Of a stretch of DNA of 64,000 bases, positions 18,779-27,571 are shown one piece after another (positions within the stretch are counted from its first letter, which is position 1; every line of letters begins with the position of its first letter). Made by a program: the position numbers and the translations under genes. The notes below the pieces were generated by a model. It had not been told where the DNA came from. It worked only from the letters and a program-made list of their open reading frames with translations, and did no database searches. The stretch is from an uncultured Candidatus Saccharibacteria bacterium (GTDB lineage Bacteria; Patescibacteriota; Minisyncoccia; 2-02-FULL-40-12; GWA2-44-9), in assembly GCA_964491455.1 (NCBI GenBank), contig CAZBFM010000001.1:81970-145969 (forward strand), read 5' to 3'.

Positions 18779-21321
18779 AAAGAATCATTAGCATTTCGAT
18801 CACGATCGTGCTGCTCCAGTTCATACCTGTTTTTGCATCGGCGAGTGATACACCAGCTCCATTTGAAATCTATGAGAAGTCGTATCTCGAGAGAGTGCTG
18901 AGTCGCGTTTGGTTTGATGCCACCAGAGACTATTCGTCATATTTATTTGGCGAGAAGTTAAATCCCGTCTCATTCTATGCGGCGTATAGCGCCATGACTG
19001 GACAAGAAGTTACTGACGACATGAAGAAGGCTGCCGAGGCGATGTTTAAACAGCACGGCAACTGGCGCCCCGAAACATCAACCGAAGACTGGAGTGTTCT
19101 GTCCCCAATTGATACGTGGCGATCTGCTGCATCAGCTATTGTAAATGAACCACCTGGGAGTCATAAAAAATATTTTGATGACCAAATTTGTCCCGACGGA
19201 GCTATTACCGCAGCGCTGGCTAGTCTTGAGGATCGCAAGAAAAACTACACAGCTCAGGAGTTAAAGACATGGGTTGAGAATCAAAACAAAGTATTTGTTC
19301 CTTGTGAGATCGATAGTCTTTGGGAGCCCAGATCCCTCGCGCCACGTTGCACATGGAATCAGGGCCAGGAAAACGTCCGATTGTCGCTTTGGGGTCGTAT
19401 CAAGAGATTCTTCGGATTTTCCGATGCACGGCCCAGTTTTCTCTGCTCTGATGATGACATCTCGGGGCCCAAAGATGCATCGGTGCGCCTCATGCAAGAT
19501 ATTGCGTATCAACGAGCTGCGCGCCATCTCTACCGAGGAGGACTTCTCAATACTCAGGAACTTCAGGAGGCGCAGCGTTCATTCGAAGCTATCTCACGAG
19601 ACGAGTCCAATCCATGGTCGGCGTATGCCAAGATCGGACAAATTCGCTCTATGATTCGTGAGTTGGACGGGATAAATAATGAACTGAATACTCAGGCGCG
19701 TGGTGATATAAATAATTATGAATGGCAGGCGAAGCTGTTCTACAATTCGGATAGTGCTCTTCGCGAGAAGTCGAAAGCTGCTCTGGAAGTCGTCGAGGCG
19801 AGTCTTAGCGATCAGAAAATGCATGAATATCGAGACCAGCTTCTATTGCAACGCGAAATGATACTTGCTCGACTTGTTGATTCTCACGCTGCGAAGGATT
19901 CATGTGGTGTTGTGGTGGCGCGAGGGAGTGACGCTACGCATCATCTGGCTATTTGCATGCAGCAGTACCAGTTGAACGCGAGTGGTCGCGTTGTGCAGGC
20001 GAGGGATTCAACTATAGACATGATGCAGATGCCAGAATTTCTCAGATATGTCTGGTATTGGAATTCCGAAAATACGACCGATCTGAGAGCGAAAATTCGG
20101 AGAGAATACGATCAAAGTCCCAGAAAATCGCTTTGGTCAGTACTGCTCCTACGGAAAATCTCACAGGATCCTAGTGCAATAACAACTGACGATGCCAGTC
20201 TTGTGGAGTCTGCACTTCGTCAGGGCGTTTCCAATAATCTGTATTGGCAACTACAGTACTATGCAAATGCGGTTCTATTTCTTAGCGATTCTTTGCGGGC
20301 GGCGACGAATATCGCTACTCTGCTCTCGAAAACGAATGTTCCTGATATAGCTTTTAATTTCTTTTCGGATCTAGCGATGTCCCATGCGAAAAGCTTGGAT
20401 GAAATGATTCGATACGGCGAGCGACGCACCTCTTTTATACAGGGCTACGGCTACTCGTATGGATTTGAACGTTCCAATGGTATTATATCAGCTACTCTGG
20501 GGCGTTTAGGGGCTAAGTACGACGATGTGGGCTATAGCGGTAAGGATACTCTACGATCGTGGTACGATAATTATAAATTTCGTGGAAAAGAACAGCCGAC
20601 CGACGGCCAACTCATTGATCTCTTAAATTATGGCGTTCCGATCGATTCGCTATTGGCAAACGAGTACCTCGCAAATCGTTATGCAGGTCAAATCCTGACT
20701 CGCGCATTGCTACTCGGGAGAAACGATATTACCAAAGGGCTCGCGGGCAAACATGTCATGGGTGATCAGGCGTTACGAGGAACTAATGATACCACGACGC
20801 AGTTGCAGCAAGACTTTGGTTTTGTTTATGCGATTTTGCATTCAACAGATCCAAACAGAGAGGATCCGTATGGCATAGCCATTCATAATCGAAACTTCAA
20901 CAATTCAACGAATGATTGGCATCTTGAGTGTGCTGCATGCGGGGGATACTCAAACTACGACAACAAGAACGGGAAAGAGTATCACGACTTCGATCGGTGG
21001 ATGCGTCAGTCCTCTCAGAAAGAATACTCAGAGCGAGTGTTAAGCGAGGATGAGCGAAAGGAAAATACTCGCGAGAAAGAAAAGCTGCTGGAAACTCCGA
21101 TTGTAAAATTTCTTGGGGACATCATATTGAGTTACGCAAAAGAGAATCCGAATGATTCACGAGTACCCGAAGCTCTAGCGGGGCTTGTTGAGTTTTATCG
21201 AAACAACTATCGATACGCACCATTTGAACAAGATCAGAAAACACAGAAGAAGGCATTCGAATATCTCCATAAGAATTACCCGAATTCATCATGGGCAAAG
21301 AATACTCCTTATTATTATTAG
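18775..21321 (+). CDS. large secreted hypothetical protein (848 aa)
   Basis: Signal peptide MKRIISISITIVLLQFIPVFASA; translationally coupled to the upstream membrane protein; no recognisable catalytic motif. Confidence 0.6.
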   Translation: MKRIISISITIVLLQFIPVFASASDTPAPFEIYEKSYLERVLSRVWFDATRDYSSYLFGEKLNPVSFYAAYSAMTGQEVTDDMKKAAEAMFKQHGNWRPETSTEDWSVLSPIDTWRSAASAIVNEPPGSHKKYFDDQICPDGAITAALASLEDRKKNYTAQELKTWVENQNKVFVPCEIDSLWEPRSLAPRCTWNQGQENVRLSLWGRIKRFFGFSDARPSFLCSDDDISGPKDASVRLMQDIAYQRAARHLYRGGLLNTQELQEAQRSFEAISRDESNPWSAYAKIGQIRSMIRELDGINNELNTQARGDINNYEWQAKLFYNSDSALREKSKAALEVVEASLSDQKMHEYRDQLLLQREMILARLVDSHAAKDSCGVVVARGSDATHHLAICMQQYQLNASGRVVQARDSTIDMMQMPEFLRYVWYWNSENTTDLRAKIRREYDQSPRKSLWSVLLLRKISQDPSAITTDDASLVESALRQGVSNNLYWQLQYYANAVLFLSDSLRAATNIATLLSKTNVPDIAFNFFSDLAMSHAKSLDEMIRYGERRTSFIQGYGYSYGFERSNGIISATLGRLGAKYDDVGYSGKDTLRSWYDNYKFRGKEQPTDGQLIDLLNYGVPIDSLLANEYLANRYAGQILTRALLLGRNDITKGLAGKHVMGDQALRGTNDTTTQLQQDFGFVYAILHSTDPNREDPYGIAIHNRNFNNSTNDWHLECAACGGYSNYDNKNGKEYHDFDRWMRQSSQKEYSERVLSEDERKENTREKEKLLETPIVKFLGDIILSYAKENPNDSRVPEALAGLVEFYRNNYRYAPFEQDQKTQKKAFEYLHKNYPNSSWAKNTPYYY

Positions 21322-21376
21322 CTAACGAATGAGTCGGGGATTTTGTGCATAGTCAAATTGGGTGTATATCTTACAT

Positions 21377-21646
21377 ATGAGCCAAGATAATAAAGCAATA
21401 CTCCAATGGATCGTTCTGCCACTAATTATCGTAGCAGCTTTGCAATTATTTTCAGGAACAAGGGAAAAGGATTGCACTAAACTTGAACCAAGGAATCCTT
21501 TCTCGGATGGAGGACATGCGGCGGGGTTTGAATGGGCGCAATCAAAGGATGTGCGTGACTGCGGGGGCATATCGACATCCTTTCAACAGGGGTGCAATGA
21601 ATTCGTCATCCAGCAGCTTACTTATGAGGACTGCCTAGCAAAATGA
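21377..21646 (+). CDS. hypothetical small membrane protein, Cys-containing
   Basis: ORF with one TM helix IVLPLIIVAALQLF; start uncertain (ATG at 21377 or GTG at 21362). Confidence 0.3.
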   Translation: MSQDNKAILQWIVLPLIIVAALQLFSGTREKDCTKLEPRNPFSDGGHAAGFEWAQSKDVRDCGGISTSFQQGCNEFVIQQLTYEDCLAK

Positions 21647-21647
21647 C

Positions 21648-21911
21648 ATGATGGAAACTACTAAATTTAGGGACTACATTCTTAGGTATCAGCGATATAT
21701 AATGGCGTTTGTTTTGATCCTTACTCTTGGGTGGGTGTATCTTCGCGAGTATCGCTTAGAGTACTGTGTCGCGAAATATCCGCAATCAGAGGATGCAGCA
21801 TCGGTAGGGGGACTTTCTGACTTATCACACCTCCCCAGGCTGCCAGGTTTTGAAGAATATGGTGATCGGCAGCGTTGCCTAGATAAACCCATTTCATCTT
21901 TCTTGTTCTAG
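21648..21911 (+). CDS. hypothetical small membrane protein
   Basis: 87-aa ORF with TM helix IMAFVLILTLGWVYL. Confidence 0.3.
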   Translation: MMETTKFRDYILRYQRYIMAFVLILTLGWVYLREYRLEYCVAKYPQSEDAASVGGLSDLSHLPRLPGFEEYGDRQRCLDKPISSFLF

Positions 21912-22134
21912 CAGGATGGAATATTCTAAATGTTCATGAATCTACTGACGGTTGTCGGCAGATCCTGACGAATTCTACGCCAATCCACCGTTCTGAATGC
22001 GTTCTGTAATCGGAGCATAAATCAAAACGAGGCCCACACGGGTCTCGTTTGAGTGACATTGACAAATACAAAAATAGTGTGCTAAAGTATTCGCGGTCTG
22101 AAGAATCACAATTCTTGCTAAGGAGCGTAGGTGT

Positions 22135-22578
22135 ATGAAATTACCGGCGAAGTTCTTTGACGAGTTGCTGCGGTTGGCGCACCGGCATGGCATCAAGGAG
22201 ATCGGAACATCACTCATCCGTACGGGCGATGATGATAAGGCGGTCGCAGAGCTCGTCATTTTTTCTGATGAAGTCTCCGACAGTGTTCGAGCCCCAGGGT
22301 CCGCGTGGCAGACACAAAACTACCTCGAGTCGTTTGGTGTGCCGCGTGAGCGCTTTCCTGTCGGGACCGACAGTCGAAGTATCAGGGTGAAGGTGGTGAA
22401 TTCAAGGAGCGATGGTCACGAGCAACAGCTCCGCCTCCTTGGAGAATTTCTCGGGCTTGAGGAAATCCATTACCTCGATCGAGGTAATGGTGAGAATTAC
22501 ACCTTTGTGCGACATGATGGAAGAAAGATGACGCTTATGGTGCGACGTTGTTGGGCAAGGTGGGTTCCTTGCGATTGA
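22135..22578 (+). CDS. hypothetical protein
   Basis: AAGGAG RBS; followed by a strong terminator. Confidence 0.5.
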   Translation: MKLPAKFFDELLRLAHRHGIKEIGTSLIRTGDDDKAVAELVIFSDEVSDSVRAPGSAWQTQNYLESFGVPRERFPVGTDSRSIRVKVVNSRSDGHEQQLRLLGEFLGLEEIHYLDRGNGENYTFVRHDGRKMTLMVRRCWARWVPCD

Positions 22579-22625
22579 TAAAACGCGTGATGCTCCCTTG
22601 ATGGGATAGTCTCCGTGGTCGTCTT

Positions 22626-22659
22626 CGCTCTGCCGTAGACGGCAGAGCGATTTCTTTTT
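22626..22659 (+). terminator. rho-independent terminator
   Basis: CGCTCTGCCG-TAGA-CGGCAGAGCG hairpin followed by ATTTCTTTTT. Confidence 0.6.
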
Positions 22660-22754
22660 ATGTAATCTATTCGAGACCGATTTCTATGGAAGTTCACCAC
22701 GCACTGTGGTATTCTCGTCTACTAGTTTCTTAAAAATTCCGAGAAGGGCGCATT

Positions 22755-23291
22755 ATGAGCAATCTAATTGTTGTTGCATCCACGAATCCCGTAAAGATCG
22801 AAGCGACGCGTCGAGGATTCAGCCAGATGTTTCCAGGGCGCGTGTTCGAAGTCATCGGTGTTGTGGCACATTCGGGAGTGCCTAATCAACCGAAGTCAGA
22901 TCGACAAACGTTGGAGGGTGCTACTAATCGCATAGCCGACATCCTTGAAGTGTGGGGAGAGAGCGGCTTCATCGTTGCGCTGGAAGGGGGCGTGGAGGAT
23001 GTCGATGGTGAGCTCCATGAGTTTGCGTGGATCGTCGTGCGCGCCAAGAATGGAAAAGTAGGTAAGGGGAAGACGTGTACCTTTCTTGCTCCTCCTATTT
23101 TCCGTACCATGGTCCTCGATGATGGTATGGAAGTCGGAGACATAAGCGATCGCGTGTTTGGTCAGAGTAATTCCAAGCAAGCTATGGGCGCTATCGGTCT
23201 GTTAACGAATGGCGTTATCGACCGCACTGAGCTGTATCGACATGCGGTTGTAGCGGCACTCATTCCCTTTGCGCAGCCGAAACTGTATTGA
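22755..23291 (+). CDS. yjjX: non-canonical purine NTP phosphatase (inosine/xanthosine triphosphatase), YjjX family
   Basis: N-terminus IVVASTNPVKIEA and overall colinearity with E. coli YjjX (VVCATTNPAKIQA...). Confidence 0.75.
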   Translation: MSNLIVVASTNPVKIEATRRGFSQMFPGRVFEVIGVVAHSGVPNQPKSDRQTLEGATNRIADILEVWGESGFIVALEGGVEDVDGELHEFAWIVVRAKNGKVGKGKTCTFLAPPIFRTMVLDDGMEVGDISDRVFGQSNSKQAMGAIGLLTNGVIDRTELYRHAVVAALIPFAQPKLY

Positions 23292-23428
23292 GTCACACAA
23301 GCGGAGTACCGAACGGGAAACGCTTTTTTGTTGCTCACATGCTGCGCTCGCTCGGCACGAGATTTGACCGTATACAAAATATAGTATATAGTATTCGTTG
23401 TCTGTCGTTCTTCAACAAGGAGGTCGTT

Positions 23429-24079
23429 GTGCAATTTCTCTATCCTACGATTCAGCAGTTTCCGTTTGATGTCGCGTGCGAGCAGATTGTTCGTGAGCTG
23501 GAAAAGCGGAACTGGAAGATCCCCGGTCTTGAAGTTGAATTTCGAGAGTATGGCGTTTTCCGCCTTGTCTCGGAGATCCGACATCGAGATTTCCGACTTT
23601 ATTTCTGTCGTGTGCAGCGCGCGCTGCCTGGTGGTGACTGGAACGATGTAGCTGGCGTCATGGATCTTGTGATTCCGAGAAAGCAGCTGTCCGTATACGA
23701 AGATGAATCTGGTCCTCGATTCTATGTGTACGTCGGCGATGACTACGAGCGCGATCGTGAACGGTTCCTGCGCAGCCTGAAGTTCAATAGCAATCTAAAC
23801 GGTGAGCCCAGGTGGTATCTCGAATATAAAGGGGAGTGCCACTGTGGCAGCGCAAGCGTCAATTTGGTTGACAGGGTACCACACACGCACACGGGCTATC
23901 GGCCTCCGCTTCTCGTGCATACGAATGACTTGAATCGGGAATACGATCCAGTTGGTGATGAACCGAAGTTCTTCCATACCGGTGAGGTGTTGGATGAATT
24001 TAAGAGCTACCTCGAACAGGTCGTGCTCCCTATGATTCTGAGCCATCCGGAAGGTGAACTTCCTGTTGTCACTGCGTAA
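23429..24079 (+). CDS. hypothetical protein
   Basis: GTG start after a CAAGGAGG RBS; the ORF could extend to 23288. Confidence 0.45.
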   Translation: MQFLYPTIQQFPFDVACEQIVRELEKRNWKIPGLEVEFREYGVFRLVSEIRHRDFRLYFCRVQRALPGGDWNDVAGVMDLVIPRKQLSVYEDESGPRFYVYVGDDYERDRERFLRSLKFNSNLNGEPRWYLEYKGECHCGSASVNLVDRVPHTHTGYRPPLLVHTNDLNREYDPVGDEPKFFHTGEVLDEFKSYLEQVVLPMILSHPEGELPVVTA

Positions 24080-24096
24080 TCACTGTGTTCTGCCTA

Positions 24097-24123
24097 CCCC
24101 GCCACGTGGCGGGGTTTCTTTTT
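24097..24123 (+). terminator. rho-independent terminator (perfect 18-nt palindrome CCCCGCCACGTGGCGGGG plus T-tract)
   Basis: Perfect palindrome followed by TTTCTTTTT. Confidence 0.6.
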
Positions 24124-24179
24124 ACGTAGATTTACATGTTGCTACTTATGTGGTACTATTTTATTGAAGGAGTAGAGAA

Positions 24180-24833
24180 GTGATTGTTACACATGAGGAG
24201 CTCGATCGTGAGCTATTGCGTGCGTCATTGGAGCTTGGAATCCACGACGATGACTGGGTTGCGGCGCAAGCGTTCGTGGCACCGCTCAAGCATAAGAGTG
24301 ATGTGACCCAGGTTCATTATTACCATGCGGTGCGTGTGGCACTTCTGTGCCGTCGGATCGGAGCATTTGTTCATCTTGATGAAAAGGCACTCTTTCTTGC
24401 TGGTCTTCTGCATGACTTGGGAAAGTGTCAAGTGCCACTGGAGACGCTTGGGAAAACCTCCACGTGGGAGGCGCAAGACTACGCGCGGATCAGGAAGCAT
24501 GTCATCGATGGATATGCATTCTTGCGGGGGAGATTCGATTTCACGGCCGAGGTAATTCTTTGGCACCATCGCTTCCAACAGGGTGGCTATCCCAAGAGAA
24601 TGCCGCGACGACTTCATCAGTATTCGGAGGGCACTAAGCTGCTCATCGTTGAGTGCGGGCGGATGTTGGCAGTCGCCGACGTCTACGATGCGCTGCATCG
24701 TGCCAATTCGAAGTTTGGTGAATTACGTGCTCTCTCGGGCGCTGAGATTCGAGAGAAGATGCTTGCATTGAATGTCGATCGAAGGAGGCTCATCGAGGAC
24801 CTCTACCACGCTGGGATACTTGTCGCAGAGTAA
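24180..24833 (+). CDS. standalone HD-GYP-domain phosphohydrolase (putative c-di-GMP phosphodiesterase)
   Basis: HD motif YYHAVRVA...LLHDLGK and the downstream HHRFQQGGYPKR resembling HHExxDGxGYP; GTG start after GAAGGAG. Confidence 0.65.
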   Translation: MIVTHEELDRELLRASLELGIHDDDWVAAQAFVAPLKHKSDVTQVHYYHAVRVALLCRRIGAFVHLDEKALFLAGLLHDLGKCQVPLETLGKTSTWEAQDYARIRKHVIDGYAFLRGRFDFTAEVILWHHRFQQGGYPKRMPRRLHQYSEGTKLLIVECGRMLAVADVYDALHRANSKFGELRALSGAEIREKMLALNVDRRRLIEDLYHAGILVAE

Positions 24834-24852
24834 GTCGCGCATTTCATTCCTA

Positions 24853-24878
24853 CCCCTGCCATATGGCGGGGTTTTTTT
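24853..24878 (+). terminator. rho-independent terminator of the CCCCGCC..GGCGGGG family
   Basis: CCCCTGCCATATGGCGGGG plus TTTTTTT. Confidence 0.55.
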
Positions 24879-24969
24879 CTTGCCGACCGACGATAATTGA
24901 CAGTATTGGTAACATAGTATTAAATATTTACTCACTCGCGCATCAATTTTACAACTAAGGAGTAATCCC

Positions 24970-25371
24970 ATGAGAGAAGAGCTGACCGTGCAAGATCGGG
25001 AGTGGTTGAAATGGATCAAGTCGGCCATATGGAAGAAAGATCAATGGGGGAGTAAGACGCTCATACGACCGTTAACAGCGGAGGAGCTCGAGCGTGTATT
25101 CACGATCATCGAGCGTTGTGAGCTTCCCTGCAATTTCGGAACCGATGCGTACGGGTTCTTCTTGAAGGTGTTTGGTCATTCATCTACCCCCGAAGTGCGA
25201 CCGTGGGTAATCATGACAATTTCGCCCCGGCACATTCCAGACGAGACATGTCATGGGTTCGATGGTCAACACAAGGCGTATTCCGTTTTTCAGCGCGTGA
25301 CCCATTCCCAGCGAAATAGGGAGCTCCTGAAGTTTTACCGGATGATCTTAGATGAAGATCCGTTCTATTGA
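24970..25371 (+). CDS. hypothetical protein
   Basis: 133-aa ORF with its own promoter-like TTGACA..TATTAA and AAGGAG RBS. Confidence 0.5.
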   Translation: MREELTVQDREWLKWIKSAIWKKDQWGSKTLIRPLTAEELERVFTIIERCELPCNFGTDAYGFFLKVFGHSSTPEVRPWVIMTISPRHIPDETCHGFDGQHKAYSVFQRVTHSQRNRELLKFYRMILDEDPFY

Positions 25372-25425
25372 TTCGCGATTCGACCCCGTCGCCTGGCGGG
25401 GTTTTCTTACGGGCAGAGAATGAAG

Positions 25426-25453
25426 TAGACATTGGCAAATTGTATGATATAAT
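25426..25453 (+). promoter_or_regulatory. sigma70-type promoter (TAGACA-16-TATAAT)
   Basis: -35 and -10 hexamers with 16-nt spacing upstream of the 25474 gene. Confidence 0.4.
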
Positions 25454-25473
25454 ATTACTTAAGGAGTTTAGCA

Positions 25474-25863
25474 ATGGAACAGGATGAGAAGATCAATGAA
25501 AAGCAGCCGAGCAGTGCTACGACACTGCCTCAACGAACGTCTTCGGTGCGCCGGGCACCCATTTCCTATCGAAATCGCCGACGCCCACCCCTGTTTGAGG
25601 CGATACAGCTTGAAAACACGGAATCAATCACTCCTCGCGACGTCAACGATGATACATTCGAGCGTCTGAAGCGGAAGGGGTACTTCTCGCCTCGGCCCTG
25701 GCCGTGGGGTATCGGATTCCGTGACAGAGGGCATGGACACGGTGATTACGCTATTATTGATCGCTTTGGTGATCCTGTGGCAGAAAAAATCAGTCTCGCC
25801 GATGCTGAAATCATTTTGAAGGCGATGCGATCGCTGAAGAGACGAAAGCACTGCAAGAGCTGA
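25474..25863 (+). CDS. hypothetical protein
   Basis: 129-aa ORF with AAGGAG RBS. Confidence 0.5.
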   Translation: MEQDEKINEKQPSSATTLPQRTSSVRRAPISYRNRRRPPLFEAIQLENTESITPRDVNDDTFERLKRKGYFSPRPWPWGIGFRDRGHGHGDYAIIDRFGDPVAEKISLADAEIILKAMRSLKRRKHCKS

Positions 25864-25953
25864 TTATTGATCGTGTGTGCGGGCACGCAACCACTTGTGA
25901 GAGTGGTTTTTTCTTAGGCGAAGTGAGAGTATATAGCATACTCAAGTGCTCGC

Positions 25954-26301
25954 ATGCGTATATCCCAAAGACAATTTGTAGTTCGATTTCTTCTATCGGG
26001 CTTTGTGTTTTTGTTTCTTTCAACAACCCTATTGGGCACGACGGGTCCTCGCGGATTTCCGCAGTCTCCAGATTCGATATTGAGAACGGGCAGCGATTCT
26101 CCGATTGCGTGGAAGCGGGTAGCGTCTCATGTGGTACTGCCCATCAAGTCGGTGCTCCTTGGGCCGCTCACGCCATACTTCAACGTGCTCGACGAAGATC
26201 CACCGCCACCCTTTATTTGGCTTGGTATCGTCATCTACTGGACATTGTTGGCAGCTGGGTTCTATGGCTTAATGGCTCGTATGCTATACTTGAAGCAGTA
26301 G
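25954..26301 (+). CDS. hypothetical membrane protein
   Basis: Two hydrophobic helices FVVRFLLSGFVFLFLSTTLLG and FIWLGIVIYWTLLAAGFYGL; preferred over the overlapping 229-aa ORF in another frame. Confidence 0.4.
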   Translation: MRISQRQFVVRFLLSGFVFLFLSTTLLGTTGPRGFPQSPDSILRTGSDSPIAWKRVASHVVLPIKSVLLGPLTPYFNVLDEDPPPPFIWLGIVIYWTLLAAGFYGLMARMLYLKQ

Positions 26302-26424
26302 CAATCACTAACTACCACTATGGCCAAAGGACATCAGTCGCAGAAGCGCGAGACGCGCAAACCCAAGAAGATCAAAAAGTAACACCTGGCTCCCGTAAGG
26401 GAGCCAGTCCGTTGGTATTGAACT

Positions 26425-26820
26425 ATGAAACTATTTACGTTGTTCAGAAGGCGACGAAAGAGACGATCGGCTACCGGTGCTCGCGCATATCAGGCCCGAA
26501 AAGAAGAAGCACGAGCGTTGGTGCATGCTCGTCTTTTATACTGGACAACGGTATTTCCGTTTGAATATGGACAGGTTCGCATTAAGAATCAACGACGAGC
26601 CTGGGGGAGTTGCAGCTCGAAGAAGAATTTGAATTTCAATTGGCGCCTCGTACTTCTCGCGCGAGATCTCGCGGATTACGTCATCGTCCATGAGCTCTGC
26701 CATACGGTGCATCTGAATCATTCACGAGAGTTCTGGAATCTTGTGGAATTCCATCTCCCTAATGCGTCAGCATTGCGGACGCGCCTTCGACAAATTGCTA
26801 TCAACGGAGTGATATATTAA
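26425..26820 (+). CDS. N-terminally truncated YgjP/DUF45-family metal-dependent hydrolase (possible remnant)
   Basis: RAWGSCS...LNFNWRL...DYVIVHELCHTVHLNHSREFW matches the C-terminal half of DUF45 including the HExxH-like HELCH; the N-terminal ~100 aa typical of the family are absent. Confidence 0.55.
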   Translation: MKLFTLFRRRRKRRSATGARAYQARKEEARALVHARLLYWTTVFPFEYGQVRIKNQRRAWGSCSSKKNLNFNWRLVLLARDLADYVIVHELCHTVHLNHSREFWNLVEFHLPNASALRTRLRQIAINGVIY

Positions 26821-26836
26821 TGTACGCGATAGGAGG

Positions 26837-27106
26837 TTGAGTTTGAAATTGCAAATTAGTGCAGAATGGACCACTGATGAGCGCAGAAGTGTTATTCGAG
26901 CTATTCAGTTCCACTGTGATGAGTTGATGAGGGAGGGTCGTAAGCTCATTGAAGATGGTCCTGAGGCGAGCGAGCGACACGACGTGATATCGGCAGAGGT
27001 CTATGCGCTTTGTGAGTTAATGGAGTTTGTGGAGCATGAAAGCGCAGAGATTCTTGAGCGCTTTCGATACCGCGTTGAGGCGTACGTAGTCGATACTTCA
27101 CGATGA
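26837..27106 (+). CDS. hypothetical protein
   Basis: TTG start after an AGGAGG RBS; followed by a terminator. Confidence 0.4.
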   Translation: MSLKLQISAEWTTDERRSVIRAIQFHCDELMREGRKLIEDGPEASERHDVISAEVYALCELMEFVEHESAEILERFRYRVEAYVVDTSR

Positions 27107-27132
27107 GCACCCAAGAGATGGGTGCTTTTTTA
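27106..27132 (+). terminator. rho-independent terminator
   Basis: AGCACCC-AAGAGAT-GGGTGCT plus TTTTTT. Confidence 0.55.
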
Positions 27133-27187
27133 TCATGAACGTTCTATGGTACAGTAGTGTCATCGGATCGCTCTCATCACTCGTGCA

Positions 27188-27571
27188 ATGAATGAAGATG
27201 AATTCAAGAAAAAGCTCACTGAGGAGCAGTATGCAGTTTTGCGCCAAGGTGCAACGGAGGCGCCATTTTCTGGCGGCAGTATTCACCCCGATACTGGTGG
27301 GGCGTATCGTTGCGCTGCGTGTGGAAGTGCCTTATTTAACGCCGATGCAAAATTTGAATCCGGCACTGGTTGGCCAAGTTTTGACGATGCAATCCCTGGA
27401 GCCATTCTTGAGAGGCAGGACACTACGCACGGGATGATTCGAACAGAGATCGTGTGCGCGCAATGCCAATCACATCTTGGGCATTTGTTCACGGATGGTC
27501 CCACTAAGACCGGTAAGCGCTACTGCACAAATTCCGTTTGCTTTGCGGGTCCAGTATCTACTCATGAATAA
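27188..27571 (+). CDS. msrB: peptide-methionine (R)-S-oxide reductase MsrB
   Basis: Two CxxC pairs ([16 protein letters not shown]) and GTGWPSF, diagnostic of the SelR/MsrB fold. Confidence 0.9.
   Translation: MNEDEFKKKLTEEQYAVLRQGATEAPFSGGSIHPDTGGAYRCAACGSALFNADAKFESGTGWPSFDDAIPGAILERQDTTHGMIRTEIVCAQCQSHLGHLFTDGPTKTGKRYCTNSVCFAGPVSTHE

Larger units (their letters stand above)
6425..22015. mobile_element. putative integrated mobile element inserted at tRNA-Asn (serine-recombinase integrative island carrying defence-like cargo); right end approximate
   Basis: The recombinase gene overlaps the tRNA 3' end; an excisionase-like HTH is present; the region is AT-richer than its flanks (by eye, not computed); many hypothetical, nuclease and secreted genes; partial repeat of the tRNA 3' end (CGGAGCA..AATCA) at 22006-22019. 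Confidence 0.5.

Noticed and set aside
25875-26564. 229-aa plus-strand ORF overlapping the 25954-26301 membrane ORF and the mini-ORF region
   Set aside because: Low-complexity, Ser/Arg-rich translation spanning a terminator-like hairpin and two other better-supported frames; judged spurious.
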